A stretch of 63,982 bases of DNA, the filler included, from Raillietiella orientalis (Eukaryota), in assembly GCA_036172245.1 (NCBI GenBank). It is 5 parts of 5 records of this genome, joined end to end, with 100 filler letters (N's around TTAATTAATTAA, not from the genome) between each part and the next. Parts side by side here need not be neighbours in the genome. Positions count along the whole stretch, not along the records: positions 13,764 to 26,500 come from JAYWIR010000259.1; positions 26,601 to 39,244 come from JAYWIR010000260.1; 3 more parts are not named here. The stretch is one strand, 5' to 3'. Below, piece after piece: positions 24,611-39,344 of this stretch. How positions within the stretch are numbered: the first letter of the stretch is position 1; the number at the start of each line of letters is the position of its first letter. The notes below the pieces were generated by a model. That model saw nothing but the letters and a program-made list of their open reading frames with translations, had not been told where the DNA came from and searched no databases. The position numbers and the translations under genes were made by a program.

Positions 24611-26500
24611 CCAAGCAAGTCTGGCAATCCGGGTCGGCCAGCCAGCTGGACGACGGCGATCAGGAGCATTCGAACCCTGAGGCGGTAAAGCGCCTAGTGC
24701 TCAGTTATTAATCCTTTCTGTACTCTAGGGAATCTCCGGAACGAGGTATCTCTCCGTTCTTGCTTCTGGAGGGCGCCCCGACGATCAAGGAGCAGGAGGG
24801 AGCACTCCTCGAGGAGACTTTCATGATGTGTGAAATCATCACCGCTATCGGGAAGCTCAAGAGAGGAAGGCGCCAAGGAAAGACGGCCTTCCCGTGGAGT
24901 TCTTTCAATGCTTCGCGGAGGAGCTGACCCTCCTGGTTCAGCGCTTGACGCTGCTGATTCGGAAGGCAGGAGACGTTCCCACCTCCTTTCGATCGGCACG
25001 GATGCATCTCCTCTGGAAGGGAAGGGACTTACGGAACCTCAGCAACTGGCGTCCGATCACCGTGTTGAACGCGGACGCCAAGTAGCTGGCGAAACTTTGG
25101 TCGGAGTGAATAGGGCGGGGGACGGAAAGCTTCATCAGCCCGGAGCAGAATTACGCTGTTCCCTGGCGGAGCATGGATGCCAACCTGCTCTTTGCGGACA
25201 CCTGGTTCGGGTTCCAGCGGAGAAGAACGAACGAAGGGAACACGGTCGGCACCCTGAATTCCGGGACATCCGCGCTGATGGGCGAGATGGTCGGGAAGAA
25301 GAGGGGCTCTTTGCGTTTGCAGTCGAATTGCGGAAAGCATTAGACTGCGTCGACCAGGAACTCCTGCTGGAGCTCCTGGAACGCCTGGGCTTCCCGTCCT
25401 CTTTGAAAGCCTTCCTGCGCTCTTACTGGCTCGACGCGCTGGCCAATATTTCTCTCAGTGGACGAAACGTGTACGGTGTGGCGTCGCGGGATGCGGCAGC
25501 GCGACAGTCCGATCCCCCTGCTCTTCAGCATCTACTTTGAACTGGTGCTGAGGGTGTACAGGGCGACTCTAGCTCGCCTGCCGCGCGTGCGCCCAGAGAC
25601 ACCTGTTGTGTCGGCGTATGCGGACGATCTTCTGCTGCTGCTCCCCATGTCCATCCTGGCGTCGGTGCTCGAAGATTCCTTCGAACTGTTGAGTCACAGG
25701 ACAGGACTGCAGGTGAACAGGGCGAAATCGTCCGTGGTTGCAGTCGGTTCGGCGTGTGCAGGGCAGCTGGACTGGATCCTCTTAGAGATTCTCACGGTTC
25801 GGTACTTTAAGTACCCCGGTGTACCGTTGGAGAAATATTCCCGTAGGAGGCGTGGTCCAGCTGCCTCCAGAAGACAGAGTTTGCGATCGGCCCGTTCCGG
25901 GATGGCAAGTTTCTCTTGCCGGAACGGGCCGCAGTGTGGAACGCGTTTGTGACTCCCTCTTCCGTCCCCTGCTTTTTGTTTCTCCCCCACCGAGTGGCAT
26001 TAAAAGTCGAACCGAGGACCTCCCGAGAATCACCCTGTGGGGCACAAGGAGGCCCGATTCCGCCTGAGGGGCATATGCGCTCCGCGTCGCTACGGAGGTC
26101 TCGCCATCTGATACTGGAGCGCCTGGAGCAGTAGCTCCAGTGGAGGACGCTTGCCCTAGTGGCGAAGTTTTGGATCACAAACTGGTGCGAGCCCGCACGA
26201 TACCTGGTCAAGCGAACCACCGGCTATGAGACTGTCATCGTTCCTGGCACGGAGGTAGAGACGCAGCGTGTCCAGTTGAGGACTGGAGCTTCGGCGAGTG
26301 GCCAGGCTGACGAGGACCAACAACTGGATCTTCTGCCGGCCCGCGAACGGTAGCGCCTGGTTGCAGGAAATCGTTCGCACGAGCCGAGAACAACGAAGCG
26401 ATTCCGGAAATGCGGCAGCGACTGCTGCACTCTTACATCAACCGCTCGCTGCAGGACGTCCACGTCCATCGTGCAGCCCACCACGTGTGTGTGGGAGCAA
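24611..26500 (+). mobile_element. Tx1/L1-like ORF2 pseudogene (RT and thumb), runs off the contig
   Basis: DLRNLSNWRPITVLNADAK, VELRKALDCVDQ, RGMRQRDSPIPLLFS, SAYADDLLL, RYFKYPGVPL, with frameshifts. Confidence 0.92.
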
Positions 26501-26600
26501 NNNNNNNNNNNNNNNNNNNNNNNNNNNNNNNNNNNNNNNNNNNNTTAATTAATTAANNNNNNNNNNNNNNNNNNNNNNNNNNNNNNNNNNNNNNNNNNNN
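26501..26600. other. Artificial contig spacer
   Basis: 44N-TTAATTAATTAA-44N. Confidence 0.98.
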
Positions 26601-29600
26601 AATCCAGTCAAATGGACGTATGTGCAGCTATCCATGCCACGAATTTCCCGCTCGCTGCAAATGGACGCTTCGGGGAGAGGCGCAAAAGTGCAAAGGTGTC
26701 ATCTGCTGATTTCGAATTGATTACAAACCCTTAAATGTCCAAATTCGGTCCATATAATGAATCAAATTTACGGAAAACATTCCCTTTCTAATTCCGACAC
26801 TGGTAGCCATGAAAACGAAACAGAGACCAAAGTGCCCCACCCTAAGCAAAGGACGCACTCATCTCAATGTTCTTCTGAATCCAGTCAAATGGAAGTTTGT
26901 GCGGCTATCCATGACACTAATTTGCCGCTCGCTGCAAATGGACGCTTCGGGGAGAGGCGCAAAAGTGCAAAGGTGTCATCTGCTGATTTCGAATTGATTA
27001 CAAACCCTTAAATGTCCAAATTCGGTCCATATAATGAATCAAATTTACGGAAAACATTCCCTTTCTAATTCCGACACTGGTAGCCATGAAAACGAAACAG
27101 AGTCCAAAGTGCCCCACCCTAAGGAAAGGACGCACTCATCTCAATGTTCTTCTGAACCCAGTCAAATGGACGTATGTGCAGCTATCCATGCCACGAATTT
27201 CCCGCTCGCTGCAAATGGACGCTTCGGGGAGAGGCGCAAAAGTGCAAAGGTGTCATCTGCTGATTTCGAATTGATTACAAACCTTCAAAAGTCCAAATTC
27301 GGTCCACATAATGAATCAAATTTACGGAAAACATTCCCTTTCTAATTCCGACACTGGTAGCCATGAAAACGAAACAGAGACCAAAGTGCCCCACCCTAAG
27401 GAAAGGACGCACTCATCTCAATGTTCTTCTGAATCCAGTCAAATGGAAGTTTGTGCAGCTATCCATGCCACGAATTTCCCGCTCGCTGCAAATGGACTCT
27501 TCGGGGAGAGGTGCAAAAGTGCAAAGGTGTCATCTGCTGATTTCGAATTGATTACAAACCTTTAAACGTCCAAATTCGGTCCACATAATGAATCAAATTT
27601 ACGAAAAAAAATACCCTTTCTAATTCCGACACTGGTAGCCATGAAAACGTAACAGAGACCAAAGTGCCCCACCCTAAGGAAAGGACGCACTCATCTCAAG
27701 GTTTTCTGAATCCAGTCAAATGGACGTTTGTGCGGGTATCTATGACGGTAATTTTCAACTCACTGCAAATGGACGCTTCGTTGAGAGGCACAAAAGTGCA
27801 AAGGTGTCATCTGCTGATTTCGAATTAATTACAAACCCTTGAACCTCCAAATTCGGTAAACATAATGAATCAAATTGACGGAAAAAATTCCCTTTCTAAT
27901 TCTGACACTGGTAACCATGAAAACGAAACAGAGTCCAAAGTGCCCCACCCTAAGGAAAGGACGCACTCATCTCAATGTTCTTCTGAATCCAGTCAAATGG
28001 AAGTTTGTGCGGGTATCCATGACGCTAATTTGCAACTCACTGCAAATGGACGCTTCGGGGAGAGGCGCAAAGGTGCAAGGGTGTCATCTGCTGATTTCGA
28101 ATTCATTACAAACCCTTAAATGTCCAAATTCGGTCCATATAATGAATCAAATTGAAAGAATACCTTCCCTTTCTAATTGCGACACTGGTGACCATGAAAA
28201 CGAAACAGAGTCCAAACTGCCCCACCCTAAGGAAAGCACGCACTCATCTCAGTGTTCTTCTGAACGCAGTCAACTGGACGTATGTGCGGCTATCCATGAC
28301 GCTAATTTGCAACTCACTGCAAATGGACGCTTCGGTTAGAGGCTCAAAAGTGCAAAGGGGTCATCTGCTGATTTCGAATTGATTACAAACCCTTAAACGT
28401 CCAAATTCGGTCCACATAATGAATCAAATTGACGGAAAGCATTCCCTTTCTAATTCCCACACTGGTAACCATGAAAACGAAACAGAGTCCAAAGTGCCCC
28501 ACCCTAAGGAAAGGACGCACTCATCTCAATGTTCTTCTGAATCCAGTCAAATGGACGTTTGTGCGGGTATCTATGACGGTAATTTTCAACTCACTGCAAA
28601 TGGACGCTTCGTTGAGAGGCACAAAAGTGCAACGGTGTCATCTGCTGATTTCGAATTAATTACAAACCCTTGAACCTCCAAATTCGGTAAACATAATGAA
28701 TCAAATTTACGGAAAACATTCCCTTTCTAATTCCGACACTGGTAGCCATGAAAACGAAACAGAGACCAAAGTGCCCCACCCTAAGCAAAGGACGCACTCA
28801 TCTCAATGTTCTTCTGAATCCAGTCAAATGGAAGTTTGTGCGGGTATCCATGACGCTAATTTGCAACTCACTGCAAATGGACGCTTCGGGGAGAGGCGCA
28901 AAGGTGCAAGGGTGTCATCTGCTGATTTCGAATTGATTACAAACCCTTAAATGTCCAAATTTTGTCCATATAATGAATCAAATTTACGGAAAACATTCCC
29001 TTTCTAATTCCGACACTGGTAGCCATGAAAACGAAACAGAGACCAAAGTGCCCCACCCTAAGGAAAGGACGCACTCATCTCAATGTTCTTCTGAACCCAG
29101 TCAAATGGACGTATGTGCAGCTATCCATGCCACGAATTTCCCGCTCGCTGCAAATCGACGCTTCGAGGGGAGGCCCAAAAGTGCAAAGATGTCATGTGCT
29201 GATTTCGAATTGATTACAAACCCTTAAACGTCCAAATTCGGTCCACATAATGAATCAAATTTACGGAAAGCATTCCCTTTCTAATTCCGACACTGGTAGC
29301 CATGAAAACGAAACAGAGTCCAAAGTGCCCCACCCTAAGGAAAGGACGCACTCATCTCAATGTTCTTCTGAACCCAGTCAAATGGACGTATGTGCAGCTA
29401 TCCATGCCACGAATTTCCCGCTCGCTGCAAATGGACGCTTCGGGGAGAGGCGCAAAAGTGCAAAGGTGTCATCTGCTGATTTCGAATTGATTACAAACCT
29501 TCAAACGTCCAAATTCGGTCCACATAATGAATCAAATTTACGGAAAACATTCCCTTTCTAATTCCGACACTGGTAGCCATGAAAACGAAACAGAGTCCAA

Positions 29601-32600
29601 AGTGCCCCACCCTAAGGAAAGGACGCACTCATCTCAATGTTCTTCTGAATCCAGTCAAATGGAAGTTTGTGCAGCTATCCATGCCACGAATTTCCCGCTC
29701 GCTGCAAATGGACTCTTCGGGGAGAGGTGCAAAAGTGCAAAGGTGTCATCTGCTGATTTCGAATTGATTACAAACCTTTAAACGTCCAAATTCGGTCCAC
29801 ATAATGAATCAAATTTACGAAAAAAAATACCCTTTCTAATTCCGACACTGGTAGCCATGAAAACGTAACAGAGACCAAAGTGCCCCACCCTAAGGAAAGG
29901 ACGCACTCATCTCAAGGTTTTCTGAACCCAGTCAAATGGACGTATGTGCAGCTATCCATGCCACGAATTTGCCGTTCCCTGCAAATGGACGCTTCGGGGA
30001 GAGGCGCAAAAGTGCAAAGATGTCATGTGCTGATTTCGAATTGATTACAAACCCTTAAACGTCCAAATTCGGTCCATGTAATGAATCAAAGTGAAGGAAA
30101 ACCTTCCCTTTCTGATTCCGACACTGGTGACCATGAAAACGAAACAGAGTCCAAAGTGCCCCACCCTAAGGAAAGGACGCACTCATCTCAATTTTCTTCT
30201 GAACCCAGTCAAATGGACGTATGTGCAGCTATCCATGCCACGAATTTCCCGCTCGCTGCAAATGGACGCTTCGGGGAGAGGCGCAAAAGTGCAAAGGTGT
30301 CATCTGCTGATTTCGAATTGATTACAAACCTTCAAACGTCCAAATTCGGTCCACATAATGAATCAAATTTACGGAAAACATTCCCTTTCTAATTCCGACA
30401 CTGGTAGCCATGAAAACGAAACAGAGACCAAAGTGCCCCACCCTAAGCAAAGGACGCACTCATCTCAATGTTCTTCTGAATCCAGTCAAATGGAAGTTTG
30501 TGCAGCTATCCATGCCACGAATTTCCCGCTCGCTGCAAATGGACTCTTCGGGGAGAGGTGCAAAAGTGCAAAGGTGTCATCTGCTGATTTCGAATTGATT
30601 ACAAACCTTTAAACGTCCAAATTCGGTCCACATAATGAATCAAATTTACGAAAAAAAATACCCTTTCTAATTCCGACACTGGTAGCCATGAAAACGTAAC
30701 AGAGACCAAAGTGCCCCACCCTAAGGAAAGGACGCACTCATCTCAAGGTTTTCTGAATCCAGTCAAATGGACGTTTGTGCGGGTATCTATGACGGTAATT
30801 TTCAACTCACTGCAAATGGACGCTTCGTTGAGAGGCACAAAAGTGCAAAGGTGTCATCTGCTGATTTCGAATTAATTACAAACCCTTGAACCTCCAAATT
30901 CGGTAAACATAATGAATCAAATTGACGGAAAAAATTCCCTTTCTAATTCTGACACTGGTAACCATGAAAACGAAACAGAGTCCAAAGTGCCCCACCCTAA
31001 GGAAAGGACGCACTCATCTCAATGTTCTTCTGAATCCAGTCAAATGGAAGTTTGTGCGGGTATCCATGACGCTAATTTGCAACTCACTGCAAATGGACGC
31101 TTCGGGGAGAGGCGCAAAGGTGCAAGGGTGTCATCTGCTGATTTCGAATTCATTACAAACCCTTAAATGTCCAAATTCGGTCCATATAATGAATCAAATT
31201 GAAAGAATACCTTCCCTTTCTAATTGCGACACTGGTGACCATGAAAACGAAACAGAGTCCAAACTGCCCCACCCTAAGGAAAGCACGCACTCATCTCAGT
31301 GTTCTTCTGAACGCAGTCAACTGGACGTATGTGCGGCTATCCATGACGCTAATTTGCAACTCACTGCAAATGGACGCTTCGGTTAGAGGCTCAAAAGTGC
31401 AAAGGGGTCATCTGCTGATTTCGAATTGATTACAAACCCTTAAACGTCCAAATTCGGTCCACATAATGAATCAAATTGACGGAAAGCATTCCCTTTCTAA
31501 TTCCCACACTGGTAACCATGAAAACGAAACAGAGTCCAAAGTGCCCCACCCTAAGGAAAGGACGCACTCATCTCAATGTTCTTCTGAATCCAGTCAAATG
31601 GACGTTTGTGCGGGTATCTATGACGGTAATTTTCAACTCACTGCAAATGGACGCTTCGTTGAGAGGCACAAAAGTGCAACGGTGTCATCTGCTGATTTCG
31701 AATTAATTACAAACCCTTGAACCTCCAAATTCGGTAAACATAATGAATCAAATTTACGGAAAACATTCCCTTTCTAATTCCGACACTGGTAGCCATGAAA
31801 ACGAAACAGAGACCAAAGTGCCCCACCCTAAGCAAAGGACGCACTCATCTCAATGTTCTTCTGAATCCAGTCAAATGGAAGTTTGTGCGGGTATCCATGA
31901 CGCTAATTTGCAACTCACTGCAAATGGACGCTTCGGGGAGAGGCGCAAAGGTGCAAGGGTGTCATCTGCTGATTTCGAATTGATTACAAACCCTTAAATG
32001 TCCAAATTTTGTCCATATAATGAATCAAATTTACGGAAAACATTCCCTTTCTAATTCCGACACTGGTGACCATGAAAACGAAACAGAGTCGAAAGTGCCC
32101 CACCCTAAGGAAAGCACGCACTCATCTCAATGTTCTTCTGAATCCAGTCAAATGGACGTTTGTGCGGGTATCCATGACGCTAATTTGCAACTCACTGCAA
32201 ATGGACGCTTCGGTTAGAGGCTCAAAAGTGCAAAGGGGTCATCTGCTGATTTCGAATTGATTACAAACCCTTAAACGTCCAAATTCGGTCCATATAATGA
32301 ATCAAAGTGAAGGAAAACCTTCCCTTTCTGATTCCGACACTGGTGACCATGAAAACGAAACAGAGACCAAAGTGCCCCACCCTAAGGAAAGGACGCACTC
32401 ATCTCAATGTTCTTCTGAATCCAGTCAAATGGACGTTTGTGCGGGTATCCATGACGCTAATTTGCAACTCACTGCAAATGGACGCTTCGGGGAGAGGCGC
32501 AAAGGTGCAAGGGTGTCATCTGCTGATTTCGAATTCATTACAAACCCTTAAAAGTCCAAATTCGGTCCATATAATGAATCAAATTGAAAGAATACCTTCC

Positions 32601-35600
32601 CTTTCTAATTGCGACACAGGTGACCATGAAAACGAAACAGAGTCCAAACTGCCCCACCCTAAGGAAAGCACGCACTCATCTCAGTGTTCTTCTGAACGCA
32701 GTCAACTGGACGTATGTGCGGCTATCCATGACGCTAATTTGCAACTCACTGCAAATGGACGCTTCGGTTAGAGGCTCAAAAGTGCCAAGGGGTCATCTGC
32801 TGATTTCGAATTGATTACAAACCCTTAAACGTCCAAATTCGGTCCACATAATGAATCAAATTGACGGAAAGCATTCCCTTTCTAATTCCCACACTGGTAA
32901 CCATGAAAACGAAACAGAGTCCAAAGTGCCCCACCCTAAGGAAAGGACGCACTCATCTCAATGTTCTTCTGAATCCAGTCAAATGCACGTTTGTGCGGGT
33001 ATCCATGACGGTAATTTTCAACTCACTGCAAATGGACGCTTCAGGGGGAGGCGCAAAAGTGCAAAGGTGTCATCTGCTGATATCGAATTGATAAAAACCC
33101 TTAAACGTCCAAATTCGGTCCACATAATGAATCAAAGTGAAGAAAAACCTTCCCTTTCTAATTCCGACACTGGTACCCATGAAAACGAAACAGAGACCAA
33201 AGTGCCCCACCCTAAGGAAAGGACGCGCTCATCTCAATGTTCTTCTGAAGCCAGTCAAATGTACGTATGTGCAGCTATCCATGCCACGAGTTTGCCACTC
33301 GCTGCACATGGACGCTTCGGGGAGAGGAGCAAAAGTTCAAAGGTGTCATCTACTGATTTCGAGTTGATTACAAACCCTTAAACGTCCAACTTCGGTCCAC
33401 ATTATGAATCAAAGTGAAGAAAAACCTTCTCTTTTTAATTCCGACACTGGTAACCATGAAAACGAAACAGAGACCAAAGTGCCCCACCCTAAGGAAAGGA
33501 CGCACTCATCTCAATGTTCTTCTGAATCCAGTCAAATGGACGTTTGTGCGGGTATCCATGACGCTAATTTGCAACTCACTGCAAATGGACGCTTCGGGGA
33601 GAGGCGCAAAGGTGCAAGGGTGTCATCTGCTGATTTCGAATTGATTACAAACCCTTAAACGTCCCAATTCGGTCCATATAATGAATCAAAGTGAAGGAAA
33701 ACCTTCCCTTTCTAATTCCGACACTGGTGACCATGAAAACGAAACAGAGACCAAAGTGCCCCACCCGAAGGAAAGGACGCACTCATCTCAAGGTTTTCTG
33801 AATCCAGTCAAATGGACGTATGTGCAGCTATCCATGCCACGAATTTGCCGTTCCCTGCAAATGGACGCTTCGGGGAGAGGCGCAAAAGTGCAAAGGTGTC
33901 ATCTGCTGATTTCGAATAGATTACAAACCCTTAAACGTCCAAATTCGGTCCATATAATGAATCAAAGTGAAGGAAAACCTTCCCTTTCTGATTCCGACAC
34001 TGGTGACCATGAAAACGAAACAGAGACCAAAGTGCCCCACCCTAAGGAAAGGACGCACTCATCTCAATGTTCTTCTGAACCCAGTCAAATGGACGTATGT
34101 GCGGCTATCCATGACGCTAATTTGCAACTCACTGCAAATGGACGCTTCGGTGAGAGGCTCAAAAGTGCAAAGGGGTCATCTGCTGATTTCGAATTGATTA
34201 CAAACCCTTAAACGTCCAAATTCGGTCCATATAATGAATCAAAGTGAAGGAAAACCTTCCCTTTCTGATTCCGACACTGGTGACCATGAAAACGAAACAG
34301 AGACCAAAGTGCCCCACCCTAAGGAAAGGACGCACTCATCTCAATGTTCTTCTGAACCCAGTCAAATGGACGTATGTGCAGCTATCCATGCCACGAGTTT
34401 GCCGCTCGCTGCAAATGGACGCTTCGGAGAGAGGCGCAAAAGTGCAAAGGTGTCATCTGCTGATTTCGAATTGATTACAAACCTTTAAACGTCCAAATTC
34501 GGTCCATATAATGAATCAAAGTGAAGGAAAACCTTCCCTTTCTGATTCCGACACTGGTAGGCATGAAAACGAAACAGAGTCCAAAGTGCCCCACCCTAAG
34601 GAAAGGACGCACTCATCTCAAGGTTTTCTGAATCCAGTCAAATGGACGTATGTGCAGCTATCCATGCCACGAATTTCCCGCTCGCTGCAAATTAACGCTT
34701 CGGTTAGAGGCTCAAAAGTGCCAAGGGGTCATCTGCTGATTTCGAATTGATTACAAACCCTTAAACGTCCAAATTCGGTCCACATAATGAATCAAATTGA
34801 CGGAAAGCATTCCCTTTCTAATTCCCACACTGGTAACCATGAAAACGAAACAGAGTCCAAAGTGCCCCACCCTAAGGAAAGGACGCACTCATCTCAATGT
34901 TCTTCTGAATCCAGTCAAATGGACGTTTGTGCGGGTATCTATGACGGTAATTTTCAACTCACTGCAAATGGACGCTTCGTTGAGAGGCACAAAAGTGCAA
35001 CGGTGTCATCTGCTGATTTCGAATTAATTACAAACCCTTGAACCTCCAAATTCGGTAAACATAATGAATCAAATTTACGGAAAACATTCCCTTTCTAATT
35101 CCGACACTGGTAGCCATGAAAACGAAACAGAGACCAAAGTGCCCCACCCTAAGCAAAGGACGCACTCATCTCAATGTTCTTCTGAATCCAGTCAAATGGA
35201 AGTTTGTGCGGGTATCCATGACGCTAATTTGCAACTCACTGCAAATGGACGCTTCGGGGAGAGGCGCAAAAGTGCAAAGGTGTCATCTGCTGATTTCGAA
35301 TTGATTACAAACCCTTAAATGTCCAAATTTTGTCCACATAATGAATCAAATTTACGGAAAACATTCCCTTTCTAATTCCGACACTGGTAACCATGAAAAC
35401 GAAACAGAGTCCAAAGTGCCCCACCCTAAGGAAAGGACGCACTCATCTCAATGTTCTTCTGAACCCAGTCAAATGGACGTATGTGCAGCTATCCATGCCA
35501 CGAATTTGCCGCTCGCTGCAAATGGACGCTTCGGGGAGAGGCGCAAAAGTGCAAAGGTGTCATCTGCTGATTTCGAATTGATTACAAACCCTTAAACGTC

Positions 35601-38600
35601 CAAATTCGGTCCATATAATGAATCAAAGTGAAGGAAAACCTTCCCTTTCTGATTCCGACACTGGTGACCATGAAAACGAAACAGAGACCAAAGTGCCCCA
35701 CCCTAAGGAAAGGACGCACTCATCTCAATGTTCTTCTGAATCCAGTCAAATGGACGTTTGTGCGGGTATCCATGACGCTAATTTGCAACTCACTGCAAAT
35801 GGACGCTTCGGGGAGAGGCGCAAAGGTGCAAAGGTGTCATCTGCTGATTTCGAATTGATTACAAACCCTTAAAGTCCAAATTCGGTCCATATAATGAATC
35901 AAATTGAAGGAAAAATTTCCTTTCTAATTCCGACACTGGTAACCATGAAAACGAAACAGAGTCCAAAGTGCCCCACCCTAAGGAAAGGACGCACTCATCT
36001 CAATGTTCTTCTGAATCCAGTCAAATGGACGTTTGTGCGGGTATCCATGACGGTAATTTTCAACTCACTGCAAATGGACGCTTCGGGGAGAGGCGCAAAA
36101 GTGCAAAGGTGTCATCTGCTGATTTCGAATTGATTACAAACCCTTAAACGTCCAAATTCGGTCCACATAATGAATCAAATTTACGGAAAACATTCCCTTT
36201 CTAATTCCGACACTGGTAACCATGAAAACGAAACAGAGTCCAAAGTGCCCCACCCTAAGGAAAGGACGCACTCATCTCAATGTTCTTCTGAATCCAGTCA
36301 AATGGACGTTTGTGCGGCTATCCATGACGCTAATTTGCAACTCACTGCAAATGGACGCTTCGGGGAGAGGCGCAAAAGTGCAAAGGTGTCATCTGCTGAT
36401 TTCGAATTGATTACAAACCCTTAAACGTCCAAATTCGGTCCATATAATGAATCAAAGTGAAGGAAAACCTTCCCTTTCTGATTCCGACACTGGTGACCAT
36501 GAAAACGAAACAGAGACCAAAGTGCCCCACCCTAAGGAAAGGACGCACTCATCTCAATGTTCTTCTGAATCCAGTCAAATGGACGTTTGTGCGGGTATCC
36601 ATGACGCTAATTTGCAACTCACTGCAAATGGACGCTTCGGGGAGAGGCGCAAAGGTGCAAGGGTGTCATCTGCTGATTTCGAATTCATTACAAACCCTTA
36701 AAAGTCCAAATTCGGTCCATATAATGAATCAAATTGAAAGAATACCTTCCCTTTCTAATTGCGACACTGGTGACCATGAAAACGAAACAGAGTCCAAACT
36801 GCCCCACCCTAAGGAAAGCACGCACTCATCTCAGTGTTCTTCTGAACGCAGTCAACTGGACGTATGTGCGGCTATCCATGACGCTAATTTGCAACTCACT
36901 GCAAATGGACGCTTCGGTGAGAGGCGCAAAAGTGCAAGGGTGTCATCTGCTGATTTCGAATTGATTACAAACCCTTAAACGTCCAAATTCGGTCCACATA
37001 ATGAATCAAATTGACGGAAAACATTCCCTTTCTAATTCCGACACTGGTAACCATGAAAACGAAACAGAGTCCAAAGTGCCCCACCCTAAGGAAAGGACGC
37101 ACTCATCTCAATGTTCTTCTGAACCCAGTCAAATGGACGTATGTGCGGCTATCCATGACGCTAATTTGCAACTCACTGCAAATGGACGCTTCGGTTAGAG
37201 GCTCAAAAGTGCAAAGGGGTCATCTGCTGATTTCGAATTGATTACAAACCCTTAAACGTCCAAATTCGGTCCACATAATGAATCAAATTGACGGAAAGCA
37301 TTCCCTTTCTAATTCCGACACTGGTAACCATGAAAACGAAACAGAGTCCAAAGTGCCCCACCCTAAGGAAAGGACGCACTCATCTCAATGTTCTTCTGAA
37401 TCCAGTCAAATGCACGTTTGTGCGGGTATCCATGACGGTAATTTTCAACTCACTGCAAATGGACGCTTCAGGGGGAGGCGCAAAAGTGCAAAGGTGTCAT
37501 CTGCTGATATCGAATTGATAAAAACCCTTAAACGTCCAAATTCGGTCCACATAATGAATCAAAGTGAAGAAAAACCTTCCCTTTCTAATTCCGACACTGG
37601 TACCCATGAAAACGAAACAGAGACCAAAGTGCCCCACCCTAAGGAAAGGACGCGCTCATCTCAATGTTCTTCTGAAGCCAGTCAAATGTACGTATGTGCA
37701 GCTATCCATGCCACGAGTTTGCCACTCGCTGCACATGGACGCTTCGGGGAGAGGAGCAAAAGTTCAAAGGTGTCATCTACTGATTTCGAGTTGATTACAA
37801 ACCCTTAAACGTCCAACTTCGGTCCACATTATGAATCAAAGTGAAGAAAAACCTTCTCTTTCTAATTCCGACACTGGTAACCATGAAAACGAAACAGAGA
37901 CCAAAGTGCCCCACCCTAAGGAAAGGACGCACTCATCTCAATGTTCTTCTGAATCCAGTCAAATGGACGTTTGTGCGGGTATCCATGACGCTAATTTGCA
38001 ACTCACTGCAAATGGACGCTTCGGGGAGAGGCGCAAAGGTGCAAGGGTGTCATCTGCTGATTTCGAATTGATTACAAACCCTTAAACGTCCCAATTCGGT
38101 CCATATAATGAATCAAAGTGAAGGAAAACCTTCCCTTTCTAATTCCGACACTGGTGACCATGAAAACGAAACAGAGACCAAAGTGCCCCACCCGAAGGAA
38201 AGGACGCACTCATCTCAAGGTTTTCTGAATCCAGTCAAATGGACGTATGTGCAGCTATCCATGCCACGAATTTGCCGTTCCCTGCAAATGGACGCTTCGG
38301 GGAGAGGCGCAAAAGTGCAAAGGTGTCATCTGCTGATTTCGAATAGATTACAAACCCTTAAACGTCCAAATTCGGTCCATATAATGAATCAAAGTGAAGG
38401 AAAACCTTCCCTTTCTGATTCCGACACTGGTGACCATGAAAACGAAACAGAGTCCAAAGTGCCCCACCCTAAGGAAAGGACGCACTCATCTCAATGTTCT
38501 TCTGAACCCAGTCAAATGGACGTATGTGCAGCTATCCATGCCACGAATTTCCCGCTCGCTGCAAATGTACGCTTCGGGGAGAGGCGCAAAAGTGCAAAGG

Positions 38601-39244
38601 TGTCATCTGCTGATTTCGAATTGATTACAAACCTTCAAACGTCCAAATTCGGTCCACATAATGAATGAAATTTACGGAAAACATTCCCTTTCTAATTCCG
38701 ACACTGGTAGCCATGAAAACGAAACAGAGACCAAAGTGCCCCACCCTAAGGAAAGGACGCACTCATCTCAATGTTCTTCTGAATCCAGTCAAATGGACGT
38801 TTGTGCGGGTATCCATGACGCTAATTTGCAACTCACTGCAAATGGACGCTTCAGGGAGAGGCGCAAAGGTGCAAGGGTGTCATCTGCTGATTTCGAATTC
38901 ATTACAAACCCTTAAACGTCCCAATTCGGTCCATATAATGAATCAAAGTGAAGGAAAACCTTCCCTTTCTAATTCCGACACTGGTGACCATGAAAACGAA
39001 ACAGAGACCAAAGTGCCCCACCCGAAGGAAAGGACGCACTCATCTCAAGGTTTTCTGAATCCAGTCAAATGGACGTATGTGCAGCTATCCATGCCACGAA
39101 TTTGCCGTTCCCTGCAAATGGACGCTTCGGGGAGAGGCGCAAAAGTGCAAATGTGTCATGTGCTGATTTCGAATAGATTACAAACCCTTAAACGTCCCAA
39201 TTCGGTCCATATAATGAATCAAAGTGAAGGAAAACCTTCCCTTT
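26601..39244. repeat. SatA tandem satellite array, 277-bp monomer, ~45 copies, with higher-order blocks
   Basis: Reverse complement of the contig 1 repeat. ATGAATCAAA recurs at 26757, 27034, 27311 etc. Confidence 0.98.
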
Positions 39245-39344
39245 NNNNNNNNNNNNNNNNNNNNNNNNNNNNNNNNNNNNNNNNNNNNTTAATTAATTAA
39301 NNNNNNNNNNNNNNNNNNNNNNNNNNNNNNNNNNNNNNNNNNNN
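39245..39344. other. Artificial contig spacer
   Basis: 44N-TTAATTAATTAA-44N. Confidence 0.98.

Noticed and set aside
27770..27800. CENP-B box in SatA (CTTCGTTG...)
   Set aside because: It lacks the required A and CGGG positions of NTTCGNNNNANNCGGGN.
26601..39244. CRISPR-like or cassette array
   Set aside because: There are no unique spacers; whole monomers are homologous, there are no cas or integrase genes, and the context is eukaryotic.
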